Of a DNA stretch of 64,000 bases, positions 38,662 through 57,468 are shown piece after piece; position 1 is the stretch's first letter, and every line of letters begins with the position of its first letter. The DNA comes from Felis catus (Eukaryota). The notes below the pieces were generated by a model that was not told the origin of the DNA, made no database searches, and worked only from the letters and a program-made list of their open reading frames with translations. Location: the NCBI RefSeq assembly GCF_018350175.1, contig NC_058368.1, forward strand, positions 115,446,001 to 115,510,000. Direction: 5' to 3'. Made by a program: the position numbers and the translations under genes.

Positions 38662-40459
<1,798 letters not shown>

Positions 40460-40636
40460 GAGGAAGACTTTGAAAAGCTGGACTGACCTGGCTCAGAACA
40501 AGCAACTGGACAGAGAATTAGGGCAAAAGAAAATTGGGTCTTGGGCATCAGAGCTTTGGAAGGGCACACATGGACTCAGCTGGAGCTGCTCTCCCTGCAG
40601 AATATTTATAGAGAAAGCCCTGATGTGGACAGGAGA

Positions 40637-40642
40637 AATAAA
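40637..40642 (+). terminator. Candidate SMIM33 polyadenylation signal AATAAA
   Basis: First AATAAA after the stop codon (about 180 nt). Confidence 0.55.
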
Positions 40643-42960
40643 AGAAACTTGAGGGCTTTGCCCAGAAACATGCTGCTGTGAGCATTCCCAGTGCCAAAGG
40701 CCACCTTTACAAAGCTACCCTCTCCTTTTCAAGGACCATCAGATCCCTGACCAAGTCCTCACTCTCTCCTCTCATCCCTAATCTCCTTTGCTTTTGTTGT
40801 TAATGTGAGTCCAGCTTGAAAGATTCCACCACCCACTCCACCTCTGTGCAGGGATATCAGAGTCTCCCTGTGGAGGTCCCGTCCCCAAAGCCCCCAGGTC
40901 CTGTGAGGGCCAGCCAAGGAGAGGGGAAGGCAAAGAACCCAGGGGTCTGCCTTTTCCGGGACTCCGGAAGAGAAGGAAAATTTGCTGCCTTTCACTGATT
41001 GAAAGACATCCCTTTGGCTTTTGGTGTCTAGGCCTTATCAGCAACTTCCGAGGCCCTTGCAAAGCCCCAAGCACCAATTCTAGCTCCTCAAAATGCTTTT
41101 GAATGCCTTCCACTGTGTTGGGGCAAGACCCTGTCTCGCCTTCCCAGTGTGGAATGGGGGGATTTGGGAGATTCCCATTACCTCCCCTGTTCTGTATGTA
41201 TAGGCCTATTGGAACAGGCCTAAAACCTATCCCTGGACATTTCCCAAATCCGGAACCTTCCAGTCAGTGGGAAAACAGGAAAGGAAGAGGAGCTTTGTGG
41301 AGTTTGTTTAAAGGAAGGAAGGAGTGAGGAGAGGATTTATAGGGGGTGGGGTGCGCATAGGAGTTGTTAAGATGCAGGAAGACAGAGCTGAGCCTCCTGG
41401 TGGCTCTCTGGAAAGGCACCCTTGCCCTGACACCTTTGAATCTCACTCGTGTGCTGTCAAGAACACGCAGACAGGCATTTATGGAGAGACCTCTGGGTAC
41501 TTTACCCTGGAGAACGCTTGAGGACAACAGACCAACACTGGGCACTGCCCTTGGTGAAACCCTAGCACAGTCAGGAAGGGTAGGAAATAACAGAAGACGA
41601 AGAGGAACAGAGGTGGAGATTGTAATGTATACAGAGGACTGGCTTGCCTCCTTTGAGACTGGTGAGAGGCAACTATAATGTTAATAGCTGTTCCTTCTTG
41701 TAGTCCAGCTCTGTGCTGAGCACCCGGCCCATCTGTGGACCTGTGGATATTATATTGTTCCCTCCTCACCTTGGGAGGAAGAGCCACTGTTATCCACATT
41801 GTATAGTTGGGGATATCAAGATACCCAGGGGGACACAGGTACTACCCAGTGAAGGCAGGTTTGAACCTGAGCTGTCAGACTCCACAGCCTAAGCACCAAG
41901 TTGGGGGCTGGATGGGTGGGGGAAGGTCATTTTGGAAAGACCCTTGATTCTGCCCTGGTTTCTAGGTACAGGAGTGACTGATGTAATGCTGGACGATCCT
42001 CACATCTTGGGGACAGAATTGCTAGGACAGCTGTGAGGAAGAGGAGATTGCATCCCCCTTTACTCCCTTGGCTGTGTCATCCTTGGGGGCAGTTGGTTCC
42101 TTCTGGCAAATGTGTGGAGTCTTTCTCCACAGAGACGATGTACACAGAAATTCATATCGAGTGTTTGTGATAAAAACAGAAGTGAGGGGCACCTGGCTGG
42201 CTAAGTCAGTAAAGCATCTGATTCTTGATCTCAGGGTTGTGAGTGCAAGCCCCACATTGGGTGTAGAGATTAATTTTAACAATTAACAACAACAACAACA
42301 ACAACAAACAGAGGTGAGAGGTAGGGAACAAATCCTGGGTAGAACAGATGGAACTGGTAGAAATGGGCTGCCAGTCTTCCCAGAGAGGGGCAATTTTGCC
42401 ACTACAGCGTTGTTACAATGGCTCAGTTTTAACAGTGATGGCATAAGATACAGCAGGTGCTTGGCTGTGTTGTCCAAGGTCCCCCAGAGTGTATCCCATC
42501 TCCACACACAAACGCTCTTCTCCCCCCACCCTTTATCCCTTTGCAGGCTCTATCATCTGGGGACATTCATTCAGTGCCCCCAGCTCCTTTGAGCAGCCCC
42601 TTGCCTGGGATCCAGCTGTGTACCCCTCATGGCATCTGCACACCTGCTCAGGACGCTCTGTATTCCCCAAGCCTCCCACTAGGGACAAGAGCCATGAAAG
42701 GGCAGGCAGATGCCATGGGGTGCGCTACCTTCTACACCCTCAGCCTGACTGCTGGGCTCTGTTCACGGTGAAATGATACTCACCACCACTCTTTCCTGTC
42801 CTAGAATAAGGAGGGGTATAAGGAAGTATGTCTGTGCAAGTGGATTTGGACATTTCAGACAATAAATGCCAATCGCTTGTATCAGAGTCCAGCCAGAGAA
42901 AAATGGCATGCTCAAATTGATAATCTGAGGAGTGTTTAAAAGGGGAGCTGTTAGACACAG

Positions 42961-43174
42961 TTTTATTTTTTTTAATGTTTGTTTTTTCTTGAGCATGAGA
43001 GACAGAGCATGAGCAGGGGACAGGCAGAGTGAGAGAGGGATACAGAATCTGAAGCAGGCTCCGGGCTCTGAGCTGTTAGCACAGAGCCAGACATGGGGCT
43101 CGAACTTACGAGCCGTGAGATCATGACCTGAGCCAAAGTCGGACGCTCAGCTGACTAAGCCATCCAGGTGCCCC
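42961..43174 (-). mobile_element. Can-SINE downstream of the STING1 stop codon
   Basis: SINE head at about 43174, tail at 42961-42990. Confidence 0.9.
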
Positions 43175-43885
43175 AAAGGCGAGCTGTTTAGAAAGGGCAG
43201 GTATAAGGAAGCCACAAGTGGACATTACCAGGACCTGGTAGGCCTGAGCAGCATGGGGAAGGGGCAGGTAATGGAACCCGTGGATAGACGGGGCTACTGA
43301 GAGCATGGCAGAGCCGTGACTTTAGGTCAAAGATGCAGAGAGCCCATAGTGATCTTGATACTGCAGGGAGGGATCTGGGGGAGTAACTACCCCTATATCA
43401 CCCTCCTCCTTCCCTCTGTTCTCCTAGTGGGGCTCCTCATGGATTGAGCATGAACAGAATCCAGAGAGCAAGGGACCCTGGTGATGCCATCCCAGGGAAG
43501 AGGAGGCAGAGAGGGATAGAGAGACAGTCTAGAAGGTCCAGTGGAAGACACCTGATGTGTCCCTTAAGTTTACCTGGCATTTAGAGTTTCCAAAAAATTC
43601 CAGACAGTCATAGTCCTCACAACAACCCTGTGAGGTAGGTAGGGCAATGATTATAATCCTATTTCATAGATGAGCACACTGAGGTTCAGAGAGGCAAAAT
43701 AACTTGCCCAAGGTCATAGGATTCATCTTGAGATGTTAAGTTCAGGGACCATCTCTGAGAGGGTCCTTGTGGGAAGAAATGGTTCTTCTGGCCATTCAGC
43801 TGCTGAAGAAAGCTCCTCAATCCGGAGTCTTGGGAATCCAGAATCTTGGGGAGCATTGGGAGTGCAGACCAGGTAATCCTGGGCT

Positions 43886-47848
<3,963 letters not shown>

Positions 47849-48356
47849 CTGTGGGCACCAAGAAACCCACTGTTGTTACCCTCTCACTCCCCTACCGCTT
47901 TGGGATAGCTTGCTTTCTCCCTGGTGCCCAGCCAGAGCCAGAGGCTGCTCTTTGAGAAGCCTCTAGGACAGGCCGGACATACAGCATCCCAGAGCTCCAG
48001 TCTAGGAGAGACTTGTTGAAAACAGAGCAGGAAGACAAGTGCATGTGCCCCCCCGCCCCCGGCAACACACACACCATACCCAACCCTGTGACACCACAGG
48101 AGTAGCGAAGAAAGAAAGCAGCAACCGTCCCAGACCCAGACCTGAAAGTGTCCTGTGAGGTGCCACCCACCTAGAGGCTGTTGGGGACCTGGACTTCCCT
48201 CTTTCCAAAATCCACCCCAGGGAAGACTTTAGTCAGCAAAGGTGACACCACAGTTCAAGGGGTGCAGGCAGGGCAGCCAGAAGACTTCCACCCAGCTCTG
48301 GCTCTCGGGGGCCTCAGCCTCGGAGCCCTTGCTCCACTGCTCCTGATCCTACCTAC

Positions 48357-48457
48357 CTTCTACCTCCGAAACCCCGGGCTGTTTCTGGAAGATGACAGGG
48401 AAAGAAAGCCCCGTGAAATGGCTCCCAGCGATAAAGGCCAGCCTTTCTGGGTACAGC
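48357..48457 (-). other. STING1: STING1 non-coding exon 2 (5' UTR)
   Basis: gttttcag|GCTGTACC...GGAGGTAGAAG|gtaggt; resembles the recalled human 5' UTR end (GGAGGCAGAAG-ATG) and gives A at -3 after splicing. Confidence 0.7.
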
Positions 48458-48679
48458 CTGAAAACGAAACATTAAAAACCAATCATAACTTTTTCCACAG
48501 CGCTCCAGCCCTGGCGTCTTGCCAGACCACAGCTTAGGGGAGGAGGGTATTTCCGGCTCCCCAGGGAAGGAGGAAGGGCCCCAATAAGCCATGCCCCAGT
48601 CTTGACATGGGGAGGCAAGCTTGCAAAGGCCCTTGTTCCATTGCCCTTTGCTACCCCCGAACCGAAGGTGTGCACAAAC

Positions 48680-48900
48680 CCGTTACAGTCCCCCGTGGCC
48701 ACAACCCTGACCGCCTCGAGCCCTCATGATCAAACACCCTCTACCAACACCCAGGCAGGACTCCATGCGACCAGACCGACACTCCCAGACGCACTACACC
48801 ATGCTGCTGCCCTGCCTGATTATTTTTATTCTGATTTCCAGATGCAGATCCTCTTTTTCTGAAGACTGTGATATCAGGAAGGAGGTGGGGAGAATGAATA
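48680..48900 (-). other. STING1: STING1 non-coding exon 1 / TSS region (boundaries approximate)
   Basis: Contains TTCAGAAAAAGAGGATCTGCATCTGGAAATCAGAA, similar to the recalled start of human STING1 mRNA; donor uncertain. Confidence 0.55.
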
Positions 48901-48905
48901 GTTAC

Positions 48906-48914
48906 TTCCCGTAA
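48906..48914. promoter_or_regulatory. GAS/STAT element TTCCCGTAA at the STING1 promoter
   Basis: Exact match to the high-affinity SIE-m67 STAT core, just upstream of the inferred TSS. Confidence 0.65.
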
Positions 48915-50814
48915 TGACAGCCTTTCTAGTAAAGGGCTTTATGGCAACAGAAAGCCCACAGGGGAGTGGAGTTTTGGCTCTCCACAGGAAGCAGCCACGC
49001 CTATGACTTCTCAGAGAGAACCCTGCAGTTCCAGCCAAAAAAGCAGTCAAGTGGAACCTCATCGACATCATCATCATCATAAGGTATTCACCACGCACCA
49101 GATATTATGCTAAGTGTTACATATATTATTTACTTAATCCACTGAGCAACCCTGTCAGGTAGGTATGATACTATTCCCCATTTTGCAGACGGGTAATCTG
49201 AGGCTCAGTGTGGTGAATTGCTTGCTCTGTGCCTTGATTTCATGAGAAGGGATAGAAGATTGACCAGGACCAAGTTTCATGCTTAAGATTTCCGCTGGGG
49301 TGGCAGAGGGAGTGTCTCAGTGCTGCTCTCTCGCAAACTGATAAGCTGATTTGATTTGAGGATGGCGCAGACCTCAGGAGTGGGATTGGGGGGCACCCAC
49401 AGAGGGGCAGCAGTGTATTCCTGCCCAGGTCAGAGAGTCTGCACCTGGACCCTTCCCCACATCGCAACCGGAAACAAGATGACACCCCACATTCATACAT
49501 GACACTGGCCTCCCAGGAACAAGGAGGTTTCCTAAAAACTCTTGTTTGTGAAAATCACTTCCTACAAATGGAGGAATTCCTTAAACCTTCTCTTCCCTGT
49601 AAGTGGCTCACAAAGGGGCCCCGTGAGGCGAGCAAGGACTCAGCTGCTTCAAAACCAAAGAAAATGAAGGGTGCCCAGAAGAAGGCCTGAGCAGAGCCCT
49701 CCCAGAGCACAGCTTCACACCTGTCCCAAGAGTCAGCTGTGCCCAGCAACCTGTCCCCCAGGCTACCCAAGACCCACCCCTCCCAGGGGTCACCCGCCGC
49801 CAGCTCTGCGCCTCCACACCGGTCATCGCTTCTCCCGCACCTGTTCTTCATCCCACCCCTTCTGCTGGAGAAAGTTCCTCCATTTGATAGGCCAGGTAGG
49901 CACTATGCATCATAAGCCTTAAAAACCATGTGTGATTGTGGAAGTAGCAATCCACTTCCAGGAACACTTTGTCAAGGAATAATCAGACAAGCGCACAAAA
50001 ATGCCCATTTTTTTCAGATGTTCATAGCAGTGTTGTTTACACGGAGAAAAACTGAAAGTTATCTAAATGCCCAACAGTTGAGGACTTGTTAACTAAATTG
50101 TGATTCACCTTACAGTAGAAGGTTGGGCAGCCTCTAACAATGATGATGTAATTTTGTATTTATTGACCCTGAAACAGGCTTATTATATATTTCTTACCGG
50201 AAAAAAGCAGCATACAGGACAATTAATCGCATCTTAAGAAACTTACTTTGCATGACAAAATGTGTGGAAGCACATAGTTCAAAATGCTAACAATGATTAC
50301 TCTTTACAGTAGGAATGTAGGTGATTTTTAGTGTATTTTTCCCTGTTTGCTCATTATGTTTACTTGGGTTTCTTTTCCCAATGTGGAACATGTATTGGTT
50401 GTTTCCTGCTTCGAGTATGCTTTAAAAGGAAAAAAATCCCAGCATTGCCTCAGGGCCTATGGGATAGGATTGCTGGAGAATATGTCAGGCCCGGTCCTGT
50501 TGTGACATGCACAGCAGGGCAAGACAGTGGGTCTTATGCAACTGCACCAGTGATTAACTACAGCTGCAGAGGGGAAGGGTGGGCTTCTGTTCTTTTTCTG
50601 AAGGGAACCTGGAATACCCAAATCGAGACTTCCAGGAAGAAATGCCATTTCAGCTGAGCTTGGAAGGAGCAAGGGAAGAGTGGTGGAGAGGAGTGCCGGT
50701 GAAGAGCATTCTGATAGAGCAGCTGGTGCGAAAGCCCTGGGGTGGGCAAGACTTTGGTCCATGGAGGAACAGAGAGATGGCTGGCGTAGCTGGAGCACGA
50801 GATCATGTTGGGGT

Positions 50815-50953
50815 TCTGAATTAGTTTCCTAGGGCTACTGTATCGAAGCACTATAAATGTGGTGGCTTAGAACAACAACAAAAGTTTTTTAAATTTTATT
50901 TATTTTTTTATTTATTGAGAGAGAGAAAGAGAGGGTCTGAGCAGGGGAGGGAC

Positions 50954-50991
<38 letters not shown>

Positions 50992-51760
50992 TCCTAAGCA
51001 GGCTTTACACTGTCAGCGCAGAGCCTGATGCAGGGCTCCATCACCCAAACCGTGAGATCTTGAACTGAGCTGAAATCAAGAGTTGGATGTTTAATCAGCT
51101 GAGCCACCCAGGCACCCCCAAAAAACAGAAATTTGTTAAACAGAAATTTATTCACAGTTCTAGAAGCTGGAAGTGTGCAATGGCAGGACCATGCTTCCTC
51201 TGAAGTCTCTAGATAAGGATCTTTTCTTTTTTTTTTTTAATTTTTTTTTTTAACGTTTATTTATTTTTGAGACAGAGAGAGACAGAGCATGAACGGGGGA
51301 GGGGCAGAGAGAGAGAGGGAGACACAGAATCGGAAGCAGGCTCCAGGCTCCGAGCCATCAGCCCAGAGCCCGACGCGGGGCTCGAACTCACGGACCGCGA
51401 GATCGTGACCTGGCTGAAGTCGGACGCTTAACCGACTGAGCCACCCAGGCGCCCCTAGATAAGGATCTTTTCTTGCCTCTGCACCCTTCTGGTGCCCCAC
51501 CCACCCACCTGCCGTCCGGGCATTCCTCGGTTTGCAGCTGCAACCGTTCAGTCTCTGCCTCTGTCACAGGGTGTTCTTCACCCGTGTGCCTCTGTCTTCA
51601 CCTTGCGTCTCCTCTTATAAGGACACCAGTCCTGTTGGATGGGGCCCACCCTAATGACTTCATCCTAACTTGATTACATCTGCAAGGACACTATCTTCCA
51701 GGTACTGGGAGGTTAAGACTTCAACATATCTTTTTGGAGGACACAATTCAACCCATAACA
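50815..51760 (-). mobile_element. MLT1-type (ERVL-MaLR) solo LTR interrupted by two Can-SINEs
   Basis: Minus strand begins TGTTATGGGTTGAATTGTGTCC, the recalled MLT1 5' end; the other end is ...cagtagccctaggaaactaa. Confidence 0.8.
51229..51455 (-). mobile_element. Young felid Can-SINE with 19-bp TSD
   Basis: TSD tagataaggatcttttctt at 51210-51228 and 51456-51474; CpGs intact. Confidence 0.95.
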
Positions 51761-52334
51761 GGGTCAGTGGTGTAAGAAGAGGATGGGAGAATGGGTCTGT
51801 GACCGGGGCCTCGGGGCCTACAGCGTGTCACAACAGCTGTATGCATGGGATCTTCCTCACCACTTCCTCTGTTCTGACAGACAGAGACCTCGAAGCTCTT
51901 CTGGGCTGACCATCTGGCATCCAAGGCGGAAGCCAAGGGTCAAAGCAGGGAAGTTAGGCCCAAGTTGCAGGCTGCCTGGCTCACAGGTTGCTGCCCTCAG
52001 GCCAGTGTTGCAGAGCGTAGCATTCTGTTCCACAGTCGCCCTTCTCTTGGGGCCTCCTCCTCACTTCCTGGTAGTTGCTTCTTCCCTCCAGACACTCCAC
52101 AAGTGCTTCTCTGGGCCGGCACTATGTGTTTCTATTTCTAGCCCCGTTACAGTTCCCATGGACCTTGTCATCAGTGTTCCTGGGAGAGAAATAAACCCCT
52201 AAACACTCATTCAGGGGACCCTGAGCCTGTGACAGAGTGTGAGTGGGATTGGAAGGCCTCTGGCTTCTGAGGTTGCCCACACAATCCCTTTCATGTGGAA
52301 AGGTCCCGGAATCCTGCTAGGATAAGGACGACAT

Positions 52335-53630
52335 GGGGTCATATGGTAACTCTATGTTTAACTTTTTGAAGAACCAGCAGGCGAGTTTCCAAAGCGGCTG
52401 TGCTATTTTGCATTCCCACCAGCAATGCATGAGGGTTCTAATTTCTCTACATTCTAGCCTATACTTGTTTCTTATCTATCTTTTTGATTATAGCCATCCT
52501 AGTAGGTGTGAAGTAGTATCTCGTTATGGTTTTGATTTACATTTCCCTGATGGCTAATGATGTGTTTATTGCCATCGTATATCTTTTGCAAGAAATGTCT
52601 ATTCATATCCTTTGCCCATTGTTAAAATTAGGTTGTTGGTCTTTTAATTATAATAATAATGTGTTATTGTAATTATCATAAGAGTTATTTATATATTCTA
52701 GATGCAAGTCCCTTTTCAGATATGTGCTTTGCAGAAATTTTCCCCTATTCTATGGGTTGTCTTTTCACTTTCTTTGTGGTGTCCTTATATCACAAAGTTA
52801 TTAACTCTGATGAAATCTAAATATCTATCTTTTCTTTTGTCACTTGTCCCTTTGGTACTATATCTAAGAAGCCATTGCCTCATCAAGGTCACCAAGGTTC
52901 AAACCTATGAGCACCCGGGTAGCTCAGCTGGCTAGGCATATGGCTTCAGCTCAGGTCATGATCTCATGGTTTGTGAGTTCAAGCCCTGATTTGGGCTGTC
53001 AGCGCAGAGCCCGCTTTGGATCCTCTGTTCCCTTCTCTCTCTGCCCCTTGCCCTGCCTCTCTTTCTCTCTCTGTCAAAAATAAATAAACATTAAGAAAAA
53101 AATTTTAAAAACAACAACAAAGATTCAAACCTATGTTTCCTTCTAAGAATTTAATAGTTTTGGCTCTTACATTTAGGTCTTTGGTCCATTTTGAATTTTT
53201 TGGATGTGGTTGAGTGAGGGGGTCACAGTCATTCTTTTGCCTGTAGATATCCAGTTGTCCCAGCACCATTTGTTGATAAGACTATCTTTCTCCATTAAAT
53301 TGTTTTGGCACCATTGGCAAAAATCAATCGACCAGGAATGTGAGTTTTTTTTTGTGAATTCTCAGTTCTTTTCCATTGATCTGGAAGTCTATCCTTATGC
53401 CAGTTCGTACCATCTTGATTACTATAGCTTTGTAGTAAGTTTTGAAATCAGGAAGTATGAATCCTCCAACTGTGATCTTCTTTTTCAAGGTTATTTTGGC
53501 TATTCTGGGACCCATAAATTTCCATATGAATTTTAGGATCACCTTGTCAACTTCTGCAAGGATGCCAGCTGAAATTTTGACAAGGATTGCACTGAATCTA
53601 TAGGTCAATTTGAGGAGTATTACCATCTCT
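52335..53630 (-). mobile_element. LINE-1 ORF2 C-terminal remnant (with a SINE insertion)
   Basis: ORF 53324..53626 YRFSAI...ILKFIWK..GPRIAK..LKKK..GG..LPDFKTYYKAIVIK is L1 ORF2-like. Confidence 0.92.
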
Positions 53631-55069
53631 TTTTTTTTTCTTAATGTTTGTGTTTATTTATTCAGAGAGACAGCATACAGTGTTGGAGTAGGGGCAGAGA
53701 GAGAGGGGGAGAGAGAATCCCAAGCAGGCTCCAGACTGTCAGCGCAGAGTCTGATGCAAAGCTCAGTCTCTGAACCGTGAGATCAGGACCTGAGCCGAAA
53801 TCAAGCATTGAAAACCTAACCAACTGAGCCCCCCAGGCACCCCTCTATTCTGCTTTTTCACTAAGGAATATATCATAGGCATATTTGTGGGTCAATAAAA
53901 ATAAAGTCACATCATAATTTTTGGTGTGTGCCCAGTATTCTTTAGTATAGAATTATGAGTCATGATTGAAGGAGCCACCTGTTTTTGGGCCCTTAGATTC
54001 TTTAAAATTTTTCTCTAAAAAAATTTGCAATGAACATAAGGAGGTGCATCTTTGTGCGCTTTCTTTTCTGATTATTAGGAGCGATTCTCAGAAGTGGGAT
54101 TGAGGGGTCAAAGATCATGTGTATTTTTCGAGCTTCTGATGTACAGTACCAAAAGGCTCACTAGATGTAGGCTGTTTGCTTTAGAAGCAAAATAGAGAAA
54201 AATGAGCAAATAGGTAACAACCCAAACTTTCAACACCACGGGATCAGTTAAAATAACGATGGTACATGCATAGAGCGGCAGGGTAAGCAGCTGCAACAAA
54301 TCATGTACATTTGCTGACACTGAGGGACACTTAGAGGATACTTTGAAGTCACAGAACTGGTTACAAATAGTTCATATTAAGTAAACTCTGGTGCCTCCAC
54401 TCAATAAATACCCTATGGCTCTTTAAAAATTGAAGCAGCTCCCTGAGGGGCTCAGTCTGTTAAGCATCTGACTTCAGCTCAGGTCATGATCCCACAGTTT
54501 GTGTGTGAGTTTGAGCCCGGCGTCGGGCTCTGTGCTGACAGCTCGGAGCCTGGAGCCTGCTTTGGATTCTGTATCTCCCTCTCTGCACCTCCCCAGCTCT
54601 CTCTCTCTCTCTCTCTTTCTCTTTCTCTCTCAAAAATAAATAAACACTAAAAAAAAAAAAAAAATTGAGGCCTCTCCTTATGAACTGATATGGAAATATC
54701 TGAGAGATTATAGTGAGGTGAAAGAGCACACCTCAGAACAGTGAATGTGGAAACAACACGGTAGCTGTGCATATACATTTGTAAGAAGATGGTGAAGGTG
54801 GTGAACTTCAAGGAGGGCCACTGAGTGGGCTCAAGTGAGAGAGGGAGACTCACTTGCAGCTGCATGTCATTATGTGCTTTTGTACCTTTTAAATTTTATA
54901 TTGTGTGCATTATTACCTATTCAGACATTAAATAAAATAGCAGTAAACCACAATATTTGTATTATGATCCCATTTTTATTTTTTAAAGTAGATATGGATA
55001 TTTGCACGAGAAAAACTCTGGTTGTAAATACAACATAATGTTCATAATGGTTACTTTGGAAGGAGATTT

Positions 55070-55562
55070 GGGGTACCTGGAGGTTTAAAGAGATATCCAC
55101 AAATCTTTGATATTCCTCCCTTCAAAAGGTGGAGACTAATCCCCTCCCAAGCATGGGACTAACTAGACCATAAGTCAATGTGGCTTCTTCTTTATTCTCT
55201 TTCTTGGATCACTTGTTCTGGGGACAGTCAGCCACCATGTCATAAGATACTCACGCAGCTATGGAGACGTCTGAGTTGTGAGCTTCAAGGCCTCCTACCA
55301 ACAACCAGCAACATCTTGTCCGGCGCACAAATAGGCAACCTTGTCAGTGAAACCCCCAGCCCTGGTCAAGCCTTTAGATCATGGCAGCTCTGGCTGACAT
55401 CCTGATTGCAATCTCATGAGAAATCCTGAGCCAGAACCACCCAATTAATCCACTCACTCCAAAATTCCTGAATCTGAGAAACTGTGAGATAATCAGTGTT
55501 TGTTGTTTGAAGCTACTAAGTTTGGAGGTAATTTGTTACACAACAATAAATACAATAATACA
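55070..55562 (+). mobile_element. MLT1-type solo LTR
   Basis: Ends in aactgtgagataat...tgttgtttgaagctactaagtttggaggtaatttgttacac, a typical MLT1 3' end. Confidence 0.75.
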
Positions 55563-55689
55563 AGGTAATTTTCGATTTTCATTTTGTTTATTTTATTTAG
55601 AAATGTTTACTGAAATGAACACTCAAACATATTGTTTGAGTAATCAAAACTGAGAAAGAAATGAGCCAGAGAACAATGGAAAAACAGCT

Positions 55690-55725
<36 letters not shown>

Positions 55726-55772
55726 GAAAGAGAAGGAAGGAAGGAAGGAAGGAAGGAAGGAAGGAAGAAAGA
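55690..55772. repeat. Compound (GAAA)n/(GGAA)n microsatellite
   Basis: Direct reading. Confidence 0.95.
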
Positions 55773-57433
55773 AAAACAGCTCAGTCTGAAGTTCATTAAC
55801 TCAGCTGCATGATCCTTACATGGGCACACTCTGGCCTTCTAGCAGTTTGAGTGAAGCATCCTAAGGGCTTTAAAGGACCTCAGGTGCACTTCGACTTGCC
55901 ATCAAAAGGCTGCTGCCTCCCTGGCCTGTGTTCATGGGAATGTAGTATCTGCATCAAGGATGGTGACTTTGTGGATCTCCCAGACCCCACATCAGATCAG
56001 AGCTGGGCATTAGACACCGGTTTCTAGAAGCTGTTGAAGGGCTGGAAGTTGTCTCATCCTTCTTTTGGGGGGCCCTTGTCTCCTAGCACCTTCCTCAGTT
56101 GTGCACTCCAACAAGACTGGGCCTTGTCAGTGTCCCAGACACTCCATGCTCTCTCTCCCTGCCTAGATGTCTCTTCGGGTCCCCTGCGCTGTGCACCAAG
56201 CCTCCCCCCGACACTGCATGATGCTGCATTTCCCGGCAAGCAGACTAAGCTCAGGACATGAGCAAAACCCTCCCAATTGTTTCCCCCAAATTTTCTTTAA
56301 AACTTTGACATCTGAACAGCCTTGAAGCTGTTCTCCTTTGCCTGACCACAGAGAGATCTCCCCAGGAAGACTTCTCAGACCCCATGCTAGGTGAGGGCCT
56401 TGCCTTCTGCTCTGTGTCAGTCCAGATCTTTCCTATTTGGCCTTGTGCATGTTTTATTGTTACTGCTGGTTCGGTTGCTGGTTTCTTGTACAGTCTGTAA
56501 GCCTTGGAGGGCAGCATCAACCTTGCTTATTCTCTGCTGTGGCCCCAAGGCCTGACATAAGGTAAATGCTCTGCACGCAGTCATGAATGATGAACAAACA
56601 AATGAACTCAGGACACCTGAGCAATCTCTTCAACTGTCTGAAGGGCTGTAGAAGACAGAAAAGCCTTCTTCTTTGTAACCATAGAAGGCAGAACTAGGAC
56701 AAATCCAAGTGAGTATCAAATTTCGGTTCTTTTTTATTTTTTTTAACATTTGTTCAGTTTTGAGAGACAGAGAGAGACAGAGCATGAGCGGGGGAGGGGC
56801 AGAGGAGAGAGGGAAACACAGAATCTGAAGCAGGCTCCAGGTTCTGAGCTGTCAGCACAGAGCCAACACAGGGCTTGAACTCACAAACTGCGAGATCATG
56901 ACCTGAACTGAAGTCAGCCGCTTAACTGACTGAGCCACCCAGGTGCCCCTAATTTTGGTTCCAAATCAGGAAGAATCTTCTAATAATATAGGCTGCCTAG
57001 GAGGTGGTGAGCTGTGATCACCAAAAGGGTTTACAAGAAGCCTGGTGGGCTCTCTGTGAGGGATGGGCTACAGAGAGAATACTGGACAGAATGTGTGAGT
57101 TCCTACGATCCCAGACAAGCTGGGCTATTGAGGAAGTCATGAGGGTGTCTTTTGGTGGGGGAGGGGCAAGGAGGTAAATTTGTTTTTTCCACTTGAAGAA
57201 CTTGCTTGTGATGGAGACTGAGTACAGCTGGTCTGGTTCACCCATCCACATTTTCTCATCCCAACCCGTCTTTTCTCAGACCCATGAAAGGCTGTGTGGC
57301 TGGCACTGGTGACACCTGGTGGCCATTTGGACTAGGAGAGAGGCAGTCCTACCACCTACACGTCCATCTGGTTCATGGCTATATCTCAGGGTCTTCTACA
57401 ATGCTTGGTACAGACGAGGCCCTCACGTTTGAG

Positions 57434-57468
57434 GAATGAATGAATGAATGAATGAATGAATGAATGAA
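57434..57468. repeat. (GAAT)n microsatellite
   Basis: Direct reading. Confidence 0.9.

Noticed and set aside
47849..47880. G|gtaac donor just upstream of the STING1 ATG exon
   Set aside because: It would define a 31-nt intron, too short; a better donor exists at 48357.
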